Shown here in pieces: positions 1 to 12,352 of a stretch of 64,000 nt of DNA (position 1 is the first letter of the stretch; every line of letters begins with the position of its first letter). A program made the translations under genes and the position numbers. The notes under the pieces are model-generated. The model saw only the letters and a program-made list of their open reading frames with translations. It was not told the DNA's origin and did not search any database. The stretch is taken from the NCBI GenBank assembly GCA_000004985.1, contig GG738911.1, one strand, 5' to 3'. Source of the stretch: Naegleria gruberi (lineage: Eukaryota).

Positions 1-3000
1 CACCTGTCTCATCATTAATTCAAAACAATCCTTGACCATGCTATTTTCAATTCCAAGTTTTGATAGGGAATTTAAATCCAATAGCTCACAATTTGATTCG
101 TCCAATTTCTTACATTTTTCATAGAGTTGAATGAATGCAGTTCTACTCTTTGATGGAATGTTAACTTCCATTTCTGCTCCAGTTTTGATGTACTTTTGGT
201 AGATTCGGTCAGCAAAGAAGACTAATCCTCCAAGATTTTCACCAGATACCACATCTGTACTTGCTTTAATGTCAGAGAAGAGGAATAAATTTTCAGAGCT
301 GAATTCCTTTTCACAAAAGTTTGCAAATAATTCATATCCTTCCTCAGATTCCAAAGTATTGTAAAGTTCTTGATTCATAATTTCATCGTTTTGCTTCTTT
401 TGTTCTTCCTTTTTGGTTCTACGTTGTCTGAACTTGTAGACAAGAGCAACAATGAGTGCATAACCACCAAATACTAAAATATAGGAAATGACATAGAGTA
501 CTTCAAAGATGAAGGAAATTGAATCAAATGTCAAGGCAAGTTTGAACATGGCCAAACTCTCAAATCTGTAAGACAAGCTGCTCAATCCAATAACTTGATT
601 CAAGATGAGTAAAATGAAGGAAATAATATAAATGAACATTTCCATTCTGAAATAGAGAGGTCCATCCATTGAGGTAAACCAATGGAATGCTGTTAATAAA
701 ATATTCTTATTGAGCTTCTTCTTTTCATTGATGTTTTCAGCATTATCAAGACTGAAAGTACTGGTAGGTTGTGAAAAGTTTACAGCTCTTCTTCTATTCT
801 TCTTTTGATCAACTTCTTTCTTTGATGAGAGAATCATGTCAAGGATGGCGACAGCTGTAATAATCACACCAAATGTCAAAATACAAACTGTATAAGAAAC
901 TGAAACAATGTAGGTATACTGTAATGAATCTAGAACTCCAGTTCTTCTCAAAATGACCCAAATAACCCAATAGACAACATTGACAGCAGCAAATATACCA
1001 ATCAATGAATAGAATAACACTTGTGAGGTTGCATACTTCAATGCTTTCAAAATTGTTGTACTTTGAGCTTGCGTTCTATTATCAGAGAGTTTCTTGTAGA
1101 GTAGTTTCATGAATTGGAATCTAAAAACTTGCATGACGTAACAGAAAATGGCTGTTAAATTGAGGGTGTTTACAATAATCATGACAATATTTGCAATGAT
1201 ATTGGCAGCAGCATCTCCACTTTCCCACATTTGACTATTTGCAGAATTCAATTGATCCACTAGAACAGATCTTTGTACAATATAAATCAATGTACATTCC
1301 ACAATTAATGCTATCAATCCAACATAAGGAGTAAGCAATCTAGAGCTCACAGGTTGAGACTTTCTCAAAACAATCAATCCAATCAAAATTGCACTTGCTG
1401 CAATCAAATAAATAATACCAAATGATATTTGGGCATAGTATAATGATGAAACTTGATCCTTGAGTTGAACGGTAAATGTTGTTGTCTTGGATTCAAGGAA
1501 AGTTGTAAACATGGTTGTGTGAGAACAAGCACATTCAATTGAGTTAGATGAAACTCTATGCAATGAACATCCATAACTGCTCCACATTTTGAGTTTCTCA
1601 TCCCAATACTTGCAATGATACGTACTGTTGGTAACAGTCGAATTGGAGATTATTGAGCTTGGAATAGTGGCAGCATTGAATGAAAGAATAAGAGGTGAAT
1701 CTAAATTATCCAAAACCAAGACATCTGTCTTTTTCATGAATTTGAAATCAGTAACAGAGGAGCTGAGGGTCATGTTACTAACTGAAGCATCATAATTTGT
1801 GTTCTTTGAATAAACTATCATTGTTGCTCCACAAGTCATTGAATAGGTGCCATATTTGGACATCACTGATGTCAAATTCATAGAAACCTTGCTTTCAGTA
1901 TCAGAAACGCTTTGCAAATTACTAGTTGGAGTTGGCACATTGAAACTAGAAACTGTAATATTAATGAGAGAAGATTTGTATGAACTTGTTGGTAAATCGG
2001 TTGAAGTAGAACTAACAACAGTTGGGATAGTTCCATAATAAATCAGAACAGTGACAAGACTAGCTGTCGATTTGGTTTTTTCAGAATCATATGAAGTAGA
2101 GAAGCAGTTTGAAATAACTTGAATTGTTTTGGAGATATCTGCACTGGAGAGGGATGATTTCACATAGCCATACAGAGCAAGTTCACTCAAATAAATGTCT
2201 GTCAAATTTGAAACAAATGAATCCACTTTGTTGATGACTAGACTGACGGTATCAGCTGTTAGTGTTTCATTATTGGATGTTAGTGTTTCCAAGCTTGATA
2301 AAGATGATGAAGGGTTCTTTGGATCAATTACTACATTAGAAATGAGGGCAGAGACCAATGATGACGATGCTGAACTTGTTGTAAAGGTTTGATCTACAGA
2401 GGCACCTAATAGCGACTCTCCACTCAAAGATTTTACAACTTCAATGTATTGCTCTTGAGTTCCATTAAATGGAGAGACTGTTACATTTGCTGATGCTTCA
2501 GTTTCCACATTTCCGAGGGCGTCCTTGACAAAGACAACCAGTGAGATTGTTTCTGTTGTTTCTAAAATACTTCTTGATTTGGTGGAAGAGCTTTCCGACC
2601 TAATGTAAGGTAAATAAGATGAGAAGGTAGTGTTGAGACTGTATTCAGTCAATCTAACAGACTCTGCCTTTGATTTATCATAATAACCAAATGCATATTT
2701 GAGTGGCAATAGTTCAGGTGATGTTGCAACCCATTCAGAAACCTGAATTGTAAACTTGTCATTCATTGAAATACCAGAGATTGGAGAAACGCTAACAAGA
2801 TTGGAAACACGTGTTGGAGGACTTGCAGAGGAGATAATTTGAATTTGAACAGAAGAGCTAATGTTTTGCTGCTTGCTATTGATAACTGTGAATGTGAACA
2901 AGACAGTCTCATTCAAATAGTTGGATGGAATGCTTGCTTGAATTGGAACTGATGGAGAAAATGATAATAGGTTAGTATTATCATATTTGGCCAAGACTGA

Positions 3001-6000
3001 ACCTGACCTTTTGTAAGAGAATACTCCTGCACTAACTTTCCATTCATAGGAAACCAAAGTTGAGCAATTTTTTCCACAACCTAAAAAGTATCTAATAGTA
3101 GTTGTGTTCAGAGTGATACTGTTAATAACAGTTGAAATGGTTTGATCTTGAGTACCTGAAACTAGAACAGATGGTAAACCAAAGCTTCCCAAAGTTGGCT
3201 CATTCAATTCATACTTGACTACTAATTTGAATTGTTGCAGGTTGGATTTTCTGCTTTGGAATGGTTGAATATTAGCAATGGATGCATTTGCAATGAAAGT
3301 GTAATTGCCTGCTTGAGTAACATCAGTTAATGTAGAGTTGATTAACAAACGATTGGATTCCACATAGAAAACCACATTTTGTCCATCACATTCAACACAT
3401 GACCAGGTGTAGGAAATATTTGGACTTTGGCTTAATACTTGATCTATTAATTGAATTTCCACACTGACAGTCTTGTTATCAAATTCCAAATAGACAACCT
3501 CTTCATATTTTGTAATGTTAATTTGGAATGGACTAATATTCACTGAACAATCCTTATTGGTGAATCCTTCAACACAAGAACAGTAATTTGGTGATACACA
3601 TTGTCCCTTTCCTGAGCAAACACTCGATTCGTTGAACAAGGTACCAAAGCAATTGTGCAATTCACATGTTTGGCCATAATATCCTGGTTGACATGTGCAG
3701 TTATCTGGAACAAAGCATGAACCATGACTTGAGCAAACGTTGGTATCATTAAAAAGAATTCCAAAGCAATTATGATTTGAACAATCAAATGAAAAATATC
3801 CTTCTTGGCATGAACAGTTATTTGGACTCAGACAAGTTCCATGTTTGAAACAAACATTTGAAGAATTCTTATGAACTCCAAAGCAATCATGTTCAGAACA
3901 TTCAGGTCCATAATACCCAGCTTCACAGAAGCAATTATTTGGAGATAAACATTGTCCATGAGTGGAACAAACATTAGAATTGTTAAATAAAGTGCCATAG
4001 CATTGGTGAGCTTCACACTGATATCCATAATATCCTGGTTGACATGTACAATTATTTGGAACTGGACATGAACCATGGCCACTACAAACATTCATTGTAT
4101 CATTGAATAAATGGCCATAACATTCATGGTTGGAACAATCAAATGAAAAATAACCGGTCTGACATGAACAATTATTTGGACTCTAACAAGTTCCATGCTG
4201 GAAGCACACATTCGAAGAATTCTTATGAACTCCAAAGCAATCATGTTCAGAACATTCAGCTCCATAATATCCAGCTTCACAGAAGCAATTATTTGGAGAT
4301 AAACATTGTCCATGAGTGGAACAAACACTTGAACTATTGAATAGAGTACCATAACAGTTGTGCAATTCACATGTTTGCCCATAATATCCAGCTTGACATG
4401 TGCAGATATTTGGTGAGTCACATGAACCGTGAGATGAGCAAGTACTACTATTTAAATGTTCCACTCCAAAGCAATTGTACAATCCACAATCAGATCCATA
4501 GAAAGGAACTAAACAACTACAATTATTATAGGCTGTACATGATCCTCGTCCTGAACAGACAGTTGAGGAATTCCTAGAAGCACCATAACAATCATAAATT
4601 TCACAATTCTATTTTCATCACATGTACAATTATTGAATGAATGACATTGACCGTGTGAGGAACAAATATTTGGATTGTTTGAGAGAACTCCATTACAAAT
4701 ATTAATTTCACAGAATTTGCCAGTATGTTGCTCATCACACTGACAAGTATCGAATGCTGTACAATTACCAAATCCAGTACACACATTTGTTTCATTTTTC
4801 AATATTCCACTACATTCGAATAATTCACAATCTTCTCCATAATAACCCTCTTGACAGGTACAATTTTCTGGTGAAGAACATGATCCATGTCCTGAACAAA
4901 CCATTGAAGAATTATTGATAATTCCATTACACATATAATTTTCACAATTATCTCCAAAGTATAACTCTGGACAAGTGCAATTATTCTTTGAATCACATGA
5001 TCCTACTCGAGAGCATACATTTGGTTGATCGAATCTAATTCCACCACAGTCATAGTACTGGCATTCAGATCCATATCTTCCTGCTTGACAATTACTACAT
5101 GTATTTGGTGAAGAACATGTTCCAAATCCACTGCAAACATTTGGATCACTTGGTGCAAGGCCATTACAATAATACAATTCACAAAATGTTCCTGAATATC
5201 CTGTTTGACATGAGCAAGTATTTGGACCAGTACATGTTCCACGACCATTGCAAACAGTACCAACTTGAGAATAGAGAATACTATTGCAATAGTAATTTGA
5301 ACACGTACTTCCTGAATATCCAGAATAGCATGAGCAACTATCTCGAGCATTACATGATCCATGTCCACTACAAGCACTCGATCCATATAATCCATAACAG
5401 AGATATTCATTACACTGAGAACCAGACCAAGTGTAGGTCAGTGAATTTCCAAAATACTGATTGGCTGTCCAGCAAACTTCCTTCTGGGCACCATAGAGTA
5501 CCAAATTACCATCTGATATTATCATTGATGATGTTGATGTTGATGGAATAAACAACTCACTCCATCATAACAATTCAATAGAAACTTACCTGATTGCATG
5601 ACTAATCTGAAAGGGGCTGTACCAGAGGTGCATGCAGAAGAAATTGTCTTTAAAACACCTCCCTGGTCTCGTATCTCAAGAGTGCCATCCAATGACAATA
5701 CTAAATTATACGGAGCTGTTCCTTGTCCATTAGTATCAGATGCCCAATAGGCAACCAATCCAGGTTTATAAAGCACCAAATTGCCATCCACTTGTTGTTT
5801 CAATTGGTAAATTCCATTCGATGAGTAAATAGAATTTGATTGATAGAGGTTGTTGGTTCCACCCGATGAATACAGAGTGTTACCACTTGTTGAATCCACA
5901 CAATAGCAATTATTTGACCCAGCACAGAAGCCATGTCCACCGCATGAGTTCAAATCTGTGGCCGAATAGCCATAACATGTATTGACAGCCAAAACTGAGA

Positions 6001-6088
6001 GTTGTTGTTGATGGTTGTGAAAACATGTCTGTACCACAAATGCAAAGACAAAATAGAGAAATAATGTGGAAGGTGCTTGGTGTTGCAT
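1..6088 (-). CDS. Giant surface receptor, 3' partial (runs off left edge). Domain order: signal peptide, bulb-type (GNA-like) mannose-binding lectin with three QxDxNxVxY subdomains, more than 20 tenascin-type EGF repeats, N-glycosylated stalk, GPS motif, 7TM, C-terminal RGS domain. One 77-nt phase-1 intron at about 5513-5589. In-frame TAG at about 4183-4185 and a frameshift at about 4590-4620.
   Basis: Minus-strand translation shows MQHQAPSTLFLYFVFAFVV (signal peptide) and the lectin motifs QQVDGNLVLY and, after splicing GTAAGT...TATCAG, QSDGNLVLY. Repeats of CxCxxGYYGxxCE follow to about 3540. Reading runs open from 4180 to position 1. GPS-like CKYWDEKLKMWSSYGCSL...IECACSHTTMFTTF at about 1620-1480. 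Seven hydrophobic helices at about 1440-480. RGS motifs EEGYELFANFCEKEFSSENLFLF and ADRIYQKYIKTGAEMEVNIPSKSRT at about 400-1. The listed ORFs 4092..4421, 3828..4091, 3540..3788 and 1404..1601 are wrong-frame. Confidence 0.6.
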
Positions 6089-7107
6089 GTTTTTTTTGTT
6101 GTGTTGTTGGTAAAATTAATGTTCCTGGCAGATGACATGTCTGAAACTCAATTTGTTTCTGGTGACACTTTCTTGAAGATGGATGACACTTCAGACAACA
6201 GGTCCTTTTAGCCAAATTGTGTTACTGTTTTGCAAGTATGCACATGTACACTACCATCTGTGTAATGAAATAAATTTCATTATTTGGTCAACGGACAGTT
6301 CACTGAAGATCAGCTGAAGGATTTGAAGAGGCCTTTTCAGCTGGTAGTGTTACTTGACTTGTTGGATATGTTTCTAATTCCGATAATCAGTTTGATGGAT
6401 TCAAATATTAATAAGCACCCGATGAAGGAAAATCCTTTTTGATGATTATTTTTATTTTTTTGTGTTTTTGAGTGTTAATTTTTTTAACGGTAACAATTTT
6501 AAAAATATGAAAGAACAACCAAAGGTGCTGCTCACTCTTGAATGATAATACTTCATCAGAATCATCATTGGATTGTTCTCTGCATTTTGGATGAATTTTA
6601 GAAACATCTTCCGGTGAGGAAACATCATTTTGTTAAGAGTTAGTTGGTATTGAAAAAGAAGAAGAATATATTATGATGATTATCAAACGATTTACGGAAG
6701 ATGGAGGAGGATTACTGTTAGGAAATAGAGGAAAATTAATAAATTATCTGATGATGATGATGATGAATATTATCCGTAGTGATTGAGGAATTATCAGATA
6801 ATATTACAACATAATAATAATAATAATAACAATATTTCCAACAAGAAGGAAGATTATATTATCAGAACCATTGTAGATGGAAACAATGCAAAGGTCTACG
6901 AAAAATTACTGACTATTCTAGCTCAGATAATACATATCAGATTCTTCCTTAAATTATTTGGAATTCACTGAAACCAGAAATATTCAATCATTATTGAATA
7001 GGAGTTGTTATATCACTTACTAATTTTGGTAAAAGACATTCCACAATTGAAATGTACACACTGAATAATAACTGAAAAGATTCTAAACACAAATTACAAT
7101 TATTGAA

Positions 7108-9021
7108 TTATGGAAGAGGTGAATTTTGAGAGGAAACTAAATTGTTTGTACTTGATATTGTCGACAATAGTTCAGAAGTTGATTCATTATTCACCACTGA
7201 TTGATCAATTGGATAGGCCATTTGTGAATTCTTGATAGAAGGCCTTCTGCTAGATTTCTCTTCCTTCTTCTCATCCCTCATTCCTTTCCATGTACATTTC
7301 ATCAATTCATAACATTTCATCACTCTATCAGTTATTCGATCTCCGTACATTATTCTAAACGATTCCTCATTCAAGGTAATGTAAGTACACGAACTGATGA
7401 GTGTTATCAAACTGGTATCGAGAAAGATATTTCTTGTAATTCCCCAAAATAATCCTAAAATGTCATAACCAAGAATGAATGTGAACAAGTTCAGGAAACA
7501 AACAATCAAGACACCAATTGACAAGATGGAAACAAGGAGAATAAACTTGGTGAAACGATATTCGAGAATTCCAGCATTCGAATCTCGTTTTCTCAAAGTT
7601 AAAAAGATTTTGAATCCATAAAACATAAAACCAATGACAAATGTCAATAAAAATAATGGAACTGAAGCTCCAAGTACAATCCATGCATAACCATAATCTG
7701 AAACTGTGGCGTAAACTATTCCAGAAATAATCAAAACTAAAATGACTCCCAAATAGAAAGCAATTAAAATTGCCTTATTAAGTTTGGACAAACCTTTGGA
7801 TCCTTGGTCTTTCCTTGTGGATATGTCAATCACGTGTGACCATGAAATAACCAATGAACTGTAGGCACAAACAACAAAGACTGCGGAGATTCCTCGGAAT
7901 AATCCAGAAAAGTAGCGATCATTGAAATCTTTGGTTTGGGAAAAGTTAAAAACAAATCGGAAAAGATTTTCTAAGCCACCACATAGACAACTCATACTTA
8001 ACATGATTGGAGGATGCATGACAATGTCAAAAAAGTGTTTCATCGTCTTTCTAAATTTGGAAAATAAAGCTGCTCCAGAAAAGGAAATATCTCTCATGGC
8101 CATTTGTCTAAATTTCTTAATTCTCTCAATCAACCTTGGTAGAAGAATAGCCCAAACAATGAACATGAACAATCCCTCGAAAATTATAAAGAAAATCCAC
8201 TGAACAGCTCTATAACTCAATGGAATAAAGAATAAATGATAAGCATCATTACAGTAGAAAGCAAACGAAAGTGAATTTGGATTTTGGTAATTACACCAAC
8301 ATAGAACAGGTAAGTGAAAAGGTCCTTGTCTTTTCAAATCAGCCAAATCTTCCCTAGAAATGCTATTGAAAAAGGAAAACATTTCGTATAGAGAAACATA
8401 TTTCGTATTCACAGTTTCGTTTCGACTTTTCTTATAATCTCCCAATTTTCCAACAAAGAACGGAGTAGTCAACATTTCATAATCAAACAATGGCAAATCC
8501 ACCATCTCCTCTCCAGTATTACATTGTCGTTTCAGAACCATTGTAAACTCAATCTCTGAAAATATTTGATTCACATCAAAACATGTTCCATTATTGTAAA
8601 TCTCCACAAATTCACCTCTATTTTCCATATGTTTACAATAAAGACAAGCATTCACAGCCGAATCCACCTGATCCAATTGTTCAATATTAGTCAAGTTCAG
8701 TAAAACTTGATTCATCTTGTTACAAAGAAGATCAGAACAAGAATTAATATCAAACTCTCCTAAAAGTTGAAATCTTTGCGAAAAACTTGCGTTTGTTGAA
8801 CAATATTCAAAAATTGTCGAGTCGAGTGAAAATAATCTTGGAAAATAGGATTGACTGACAGGTGGCAGACGCATTACTTCATCGACAGCCACAAGAACAT
8901 GATCAAGTTGTGGTAGCTGTCCTAGATGTTGTGTTTCGAAAGTTTGGCTTGTTGAGCTGTAACTGTCACTGATCAAGAGTGAAATGATTAACAGGACAAG
9001 TGTCAATGCAAATCGTGACAT
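7108..9021 (-). CDS. Signal peptide plus a roughly 260-aa cysteine-containing luminal domain plus 7TM. Possibly a LUSTR-family (GPR107/108/TMEM87-like) seven-transmembrane protein.
   Basis: 637-aa ORF. N-terminal hydrophobic leader MSRFALTLVLLIISLLIS. Seven predicted TM helices in the C-terminal half. Short cytosolic tail. Family assignment rests on architecture only. Confidence 0.35.
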   Translation of the reverse strand: MSRFALTLVLLIISLLISDSYSSTSQTFETQHLGQLPQLDHVLVAVDEVMRLPPVSQSYFPRLFSLDSTIFEYCSTNASFSQRFQLLGEFDINSCSDLLCNKMNQVLLNLTNIEQLDQVDSAVNACLYCKHMENRGEFVEIYNNGTCFDVNQIFSEIEFTMVLKRQCNTGEEMVDLPLFDYEMLTTPFFVGKLGDYKKSRNETVNTKYVSLYEMFSFFNSISREDLADLKRQGPFHLPVLCWCNYQNPNSLSFAFYCNDAYHLFFIPLSYRAVQWIFFIIFEGLFMFIVWAILLPRLIERIKKFRQMAMRDISFSGAALFSKFRKTMKHFFDIVMHPPIMLSMSCLCGGLENLFRFVFNFSQTKDFNDRYFSGLFRGISAVFVVCAYSSLVISWSHVIDISTRKDQGSKGLSKLNKAILIAFYLGVILVLIISGIVYATVSDYGYAWIVLGASVPLFLLTFVIGFMFYGFKIFLTLRKRDSNAGILEYRFTKFILLVSILSIGVLIVCFLNLFTFILGYDILGLFWGITRNIFLDTSLITLISSCTYITLNEESFRIMYGDRITDRVMKCYELMKCTWKGMRDEKKEEKSSRRPSIKNSQMAYPIDQSVVNNESTSELLSTISSTNNLVSSQNSPLP

Positions 9022-9489
9022 TTTTTTAAATTATGAAAAAGTTCGGTTTGACCTTTCGGATATGTTAGCGAGATCAAAGAATCCAAATGCCAAAACTTGG
9101 CAAGACGAAACTTGCAATTTTCATGGACACAAAAGTTTTTCTTCATGAAAAGTTGAGTCAGCTCAACTACTACATTGTGGACTGTGTGGTGAAACTAATT
9201 GTATTCTAATCTAAAGTTATTCGAAAGTTTCGAATAGTTACAATTAGAAGAACACAGAATAATCTTTGTAAGAATTCGAAATAGCATTTATTTACATTTC
9301 TGCAAATTTTCTCCTTTTCGTTCTCATCCAAATTTAGAAACATGATTATTTCAAATTTTACAATTTTGGAAATTTACATTAAGGTCATGTTTCTTCAATT
9401 GTAAACTTTCTCCATTCATTTCAGATAACAAACGAAATAAATTCGAATAGTTTGTTATCAATTCCTTTCCAATAACAAAAAAAAACAAA

Positions 9490-10443
9490 ATGAAAAAACA
9501 AATCATTGCAATCGCATTAATTCTCCTCTTGGCTTCAGTCTTTGTCTTGGCAGGTGACGTTGACAGTACAAGTGATAGCTCAGATTCTGTTGCTACCACC
9601 AAACCAGCAGAAATTCCAGTTGGTGAAAATTCTGAGAAGAAACAAGACGAAAGTTCTAAAAAGGAAAATCACAAGAGAGACGAAACTAATGGAAAAGACG
9701 ACTTTAAGGAAACCAAGTTTGATGAAGATAAGAAGAAGGATTCTGAAGAGAAGAAATCAGACGAAACTCATAAGAAATGCAAACTCGTTTGTGTTAAATT
9801 CAAGACTGAAAAGGGAAAGTGTTTGAAACACGAAATGAAAGATCAAGAAAAGGTTTGCATCAAACACAAGACAGAAGGTGAAGGTACATGTTTAGAATAC
9901 AAGCATTCCAAAAGTTGTGAAAAGTATTCGAAACCAACCAAGAAATGTATCAAGCACAAGAGCGAGAAAGTTTGTCAAAAGAAGAAAACTGAAAAGGTCT
10001 GCGATGAATATACCACCAAAAAAGTTTGTACTCGTCATGCTACTGAATGCGACCAATACACCACCAAGAAGAAATGCGAAACAGTTTCGTCCACAGATTC
10101 GTATTCCAAAAGTGGAAAATCTTGTAAGAATGTCAAAGTTTGTGCAAAGGAAAAGAAGGTCTGCAAGCACTACAAGAAGGAACAAGTTTGTAAGAAACAT
10201 AAGAAAGTTTCCAAATGTATCAAATTCAAGACTGAGAAGAAATGCATCAAGCACGAGCAAACCAAGAAGAAATGTTTAAAGTTTAAGAAATTGAAGAAAT
10301 GTATTAGAAAGTCAAAGGGAAAGAAGGTTTGCATCAAGCATAAACTTGTCGGTGGTAAGAAGGTCTGTAAGGAATATGAAAAGAAGAAAGTTTGTGAAAA
10401 GAAAGCTTGTGAAAAGAAGGAAGCAGATTCCTATTTAATGTAG
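9490..10443 (+). CDS. Secreted lysine- and cysteine-rich periodic-repeat protein: signal peptide, an acidic/K-rich stretch, then about 26 Cys spaced every 10-12 residues in K-rich units such as KKCIKHK and KVCxK.
   Basis: 317-aa ORF with ATG at 9490 and TAG stop. Leader MKKQIIAIALILLLASVFVLA. Regular Cys periodicity. No recognisable catalytic motif. Confidence 0.55.
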   Translation: MKKQIIAIALILLLASVFVLAGDVDSTSDSSDSVATTKPAEIPVGENSEKKQDESSKKENHKRDETNGKDDFKETKFDEDKKKDSEEKKSDETHKKCKLVCVKFKTEKGKCLKHEMKDQEKVCIKHKTEGEGTCLEYKHSKSCEKYSKPTKKCIKHKSEKVCQKKKTEKVCDEYTTKKVCTRHATECDQYTTKKKCETVSSTDSYSKSGKSCKNVKVCAKEKKVCKHYKKEQVCKKHKKVSKCIKFKTEKKCIKHEQTKKKCLKFKKLKKCIRKSKGKKVCIKHKLVGGKKVCKEYEKKKVCEKKACEKKEADSYLM

Positions 10444-10603
10444 ACGAAAGGTCAGCGAAAGTTCTGCAATTTTTGTAAATTTTGCACGATATGAAATTGT
10501 GTGTGATTCATACGAGTGAGTTCCATCAATAAATTTTGTAAACACATTTCCAAAAATAGCAAATTTATATATAGAAAATATTTAAAACAATTAGAATTTG
10601 AAA

Positions 10604-12352
10604 TTATTCTAAATATCTAAATAAAAAATCCAATTCCAATAAACCTCTTCCAAAGCACATAATAATCAAGTCAGCAATCAAATATTTCTTCTTTCCAATT
10701 TCCACAACTTCGTCTCTAATATCATTAACAATAAGACTCAGAATAGATTCGCCTTCTTTTCTCATAGTGACAACTCTATACGATTCCACTAGCATTTGAG
10801 GATCAAGCTCTAAATTTTCCTTATCCATCAGACCTTTCTCCAACAATTGGCTGACGATAGAGTTTGCATTGAATGGCAACCATTTTTTGATTACTTCAAA
10901 AGATGAGGCAGTATGCCCTAAGGAGGTATGTTCAAATTTCAATCGGCATTCAAGGGAGCTTAGGAAATCAGAGAACTTGCACTTGAGAGAGCGATCAGGT
11001 TTTTGGAGCATTACGTGAACCGGAAAGTCAAATGCCAATTGACCATTCTTGCTCAATTCTGAGGGATCCAACAAGATATGGAAATCACCAAAAGAAAAAT
11101 ACTCTGCATATCTGCTTGCGCCCAAAGGTGGTTCCAATTGGAACAAACAATCTTGAGAATCATTATTGTTGAGAGCTTCTTTCAATGAGGAATTCATCTC
11201 GAATTTAGAAAAACTCTTCCATGCAATATGAGACAAATAATTGACCGTAATTGATTCGTACTCTCTTCTCTTGATAACATTGGGAAATCTAGCACCAAGG
11301 TCCTTCAATTGAGAATAAACCTTACGTGTTAGAGGTAGGTCAATTGAATGAGTTTCTAATACCAAGGAACAAACATAAATATCGTCTGAAGATATGTACA
11401 TAGTCTTTGAAACCTTGTCAAGAAACACATCTCCTGCTTTAAAGCAAATATCTCCAATCCAGATTTTCTTGATAATTGCATGAGTTGTCTTATCATAAAG
11501 AAACATATAGGTACTATCCCTCAAAACAAGATAATGATCCAATTCACCAACAAAACGCAACCAACACTGAAATTTGACTCGTTGTTCACAATTTGAGAAG
11601 TTTCTACCAGTGAATAATCTGAGCTCTGATGTTTTGTCCTCAGTTCTAGTATTAATCCACAATGCATCTCTATTAGAATCATAGGTTATAGAATATGTGT
11701 TTTCTAACCTCAAAGTATCAACAAAGTATTTGTGTTGTAAAGTACTTCCATCCAAAACATGAATCTGTCTATCATTCGAAAGAATGACTTCATTTCTGGG
11801 AAGTGAATATTCCAACAAATCAGCTTCCAGATTTGTAATTCCCAAATTCCTTCTTTGCAAAACGGTGAATTTCCCATTGGGATCGATTTTAGCCTTCACC
11901 AAGTCCTACACGATTAAATCATCTGGACTTTCGTCTGGAGGATTCTCCTGAACAATACACATTGGATAGAATGCAATAAGATCACCCAAATCACACCGAT
12001 GAATAAATTTCTTACTGTCCATGTCGAAGACATGCAGAAAACAATTCGAGTTTGGTCTATCACTACTTTCGGAAACTATTATCAATCGTTTCTTCATGTG
12101 GATTCTAAGGTCGAGGGTTGTCTCGATTTCTATTTGAAAAGTGTTCAGGTGAGATAGAAAAGCCTTCTCCAAGCATAGAAGAGTTGGAGTGGAAAGTTTC
12201 TTCTCCAACCATAAATGTGTGAAATGTTTCTCCAAGATTCCATCAATGAAAACTAAACGGACTGGTGCGTGAGAGTCAAGGCTTTTTTCAATGTTTCTGT
12301 ATTTAGCTTTAGGTTCGTAATCATTCACCTCAAAGATATGCTTTGTTTTCAT
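10604..12352 (-). pseudogene. Third tandem copy of the unknown-function paralog family. The reading frame is interrupted by a single in-frame TAG at 11906-11908 where the paralogs encode Tyr. It is either a nonsense-mutated copy or a base-call error.
   Basis: ORFs 11906..12352 and 10604..11902 are co-linear and in the same frame, separated only by TAG. The N-terminal half aligns with the N-terminus of 12577..14466 and 14500..16368 (EYEPK...RLVF(L/I)DGI(E/L)(K/N)H(Y/F)T...L(H/S)TPT(I/L)(T/L)CLE). The C-terminal half aligns with their C-terminal halves (DK(S/T)(S/T)H(M/A)(V/I)IKKI...YSIDKPL / YSIDLPL). Confidence 0.4.

Noticed and set aside
3540-4421. Track ORFs 3540..3788, 3828..4091 and 4092..4421 (minus) and 4143..4340 and 4371..4577 (plus)
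   Set aside because: These are wrong-frame or opposite-strand reads through the EGF-repeat array. The coding frame (CxCxxGYYG repeats) is the one without stops that continues to the window edge.
4183-11908. Two in-frame TAG codons in otherwise intact genes (4183-4185 and 11906-11908) could suggest TAG reassignment or readthrough
   Set aside because: TAG terminates clearly delimited genes elsewhere in the window (9490..10443 and 33174..34226). The paralogous positions encode different residues (Leu codon CTG in one case, Tyr in the other). Nonsense mutation or draft error is the simpler explanation.
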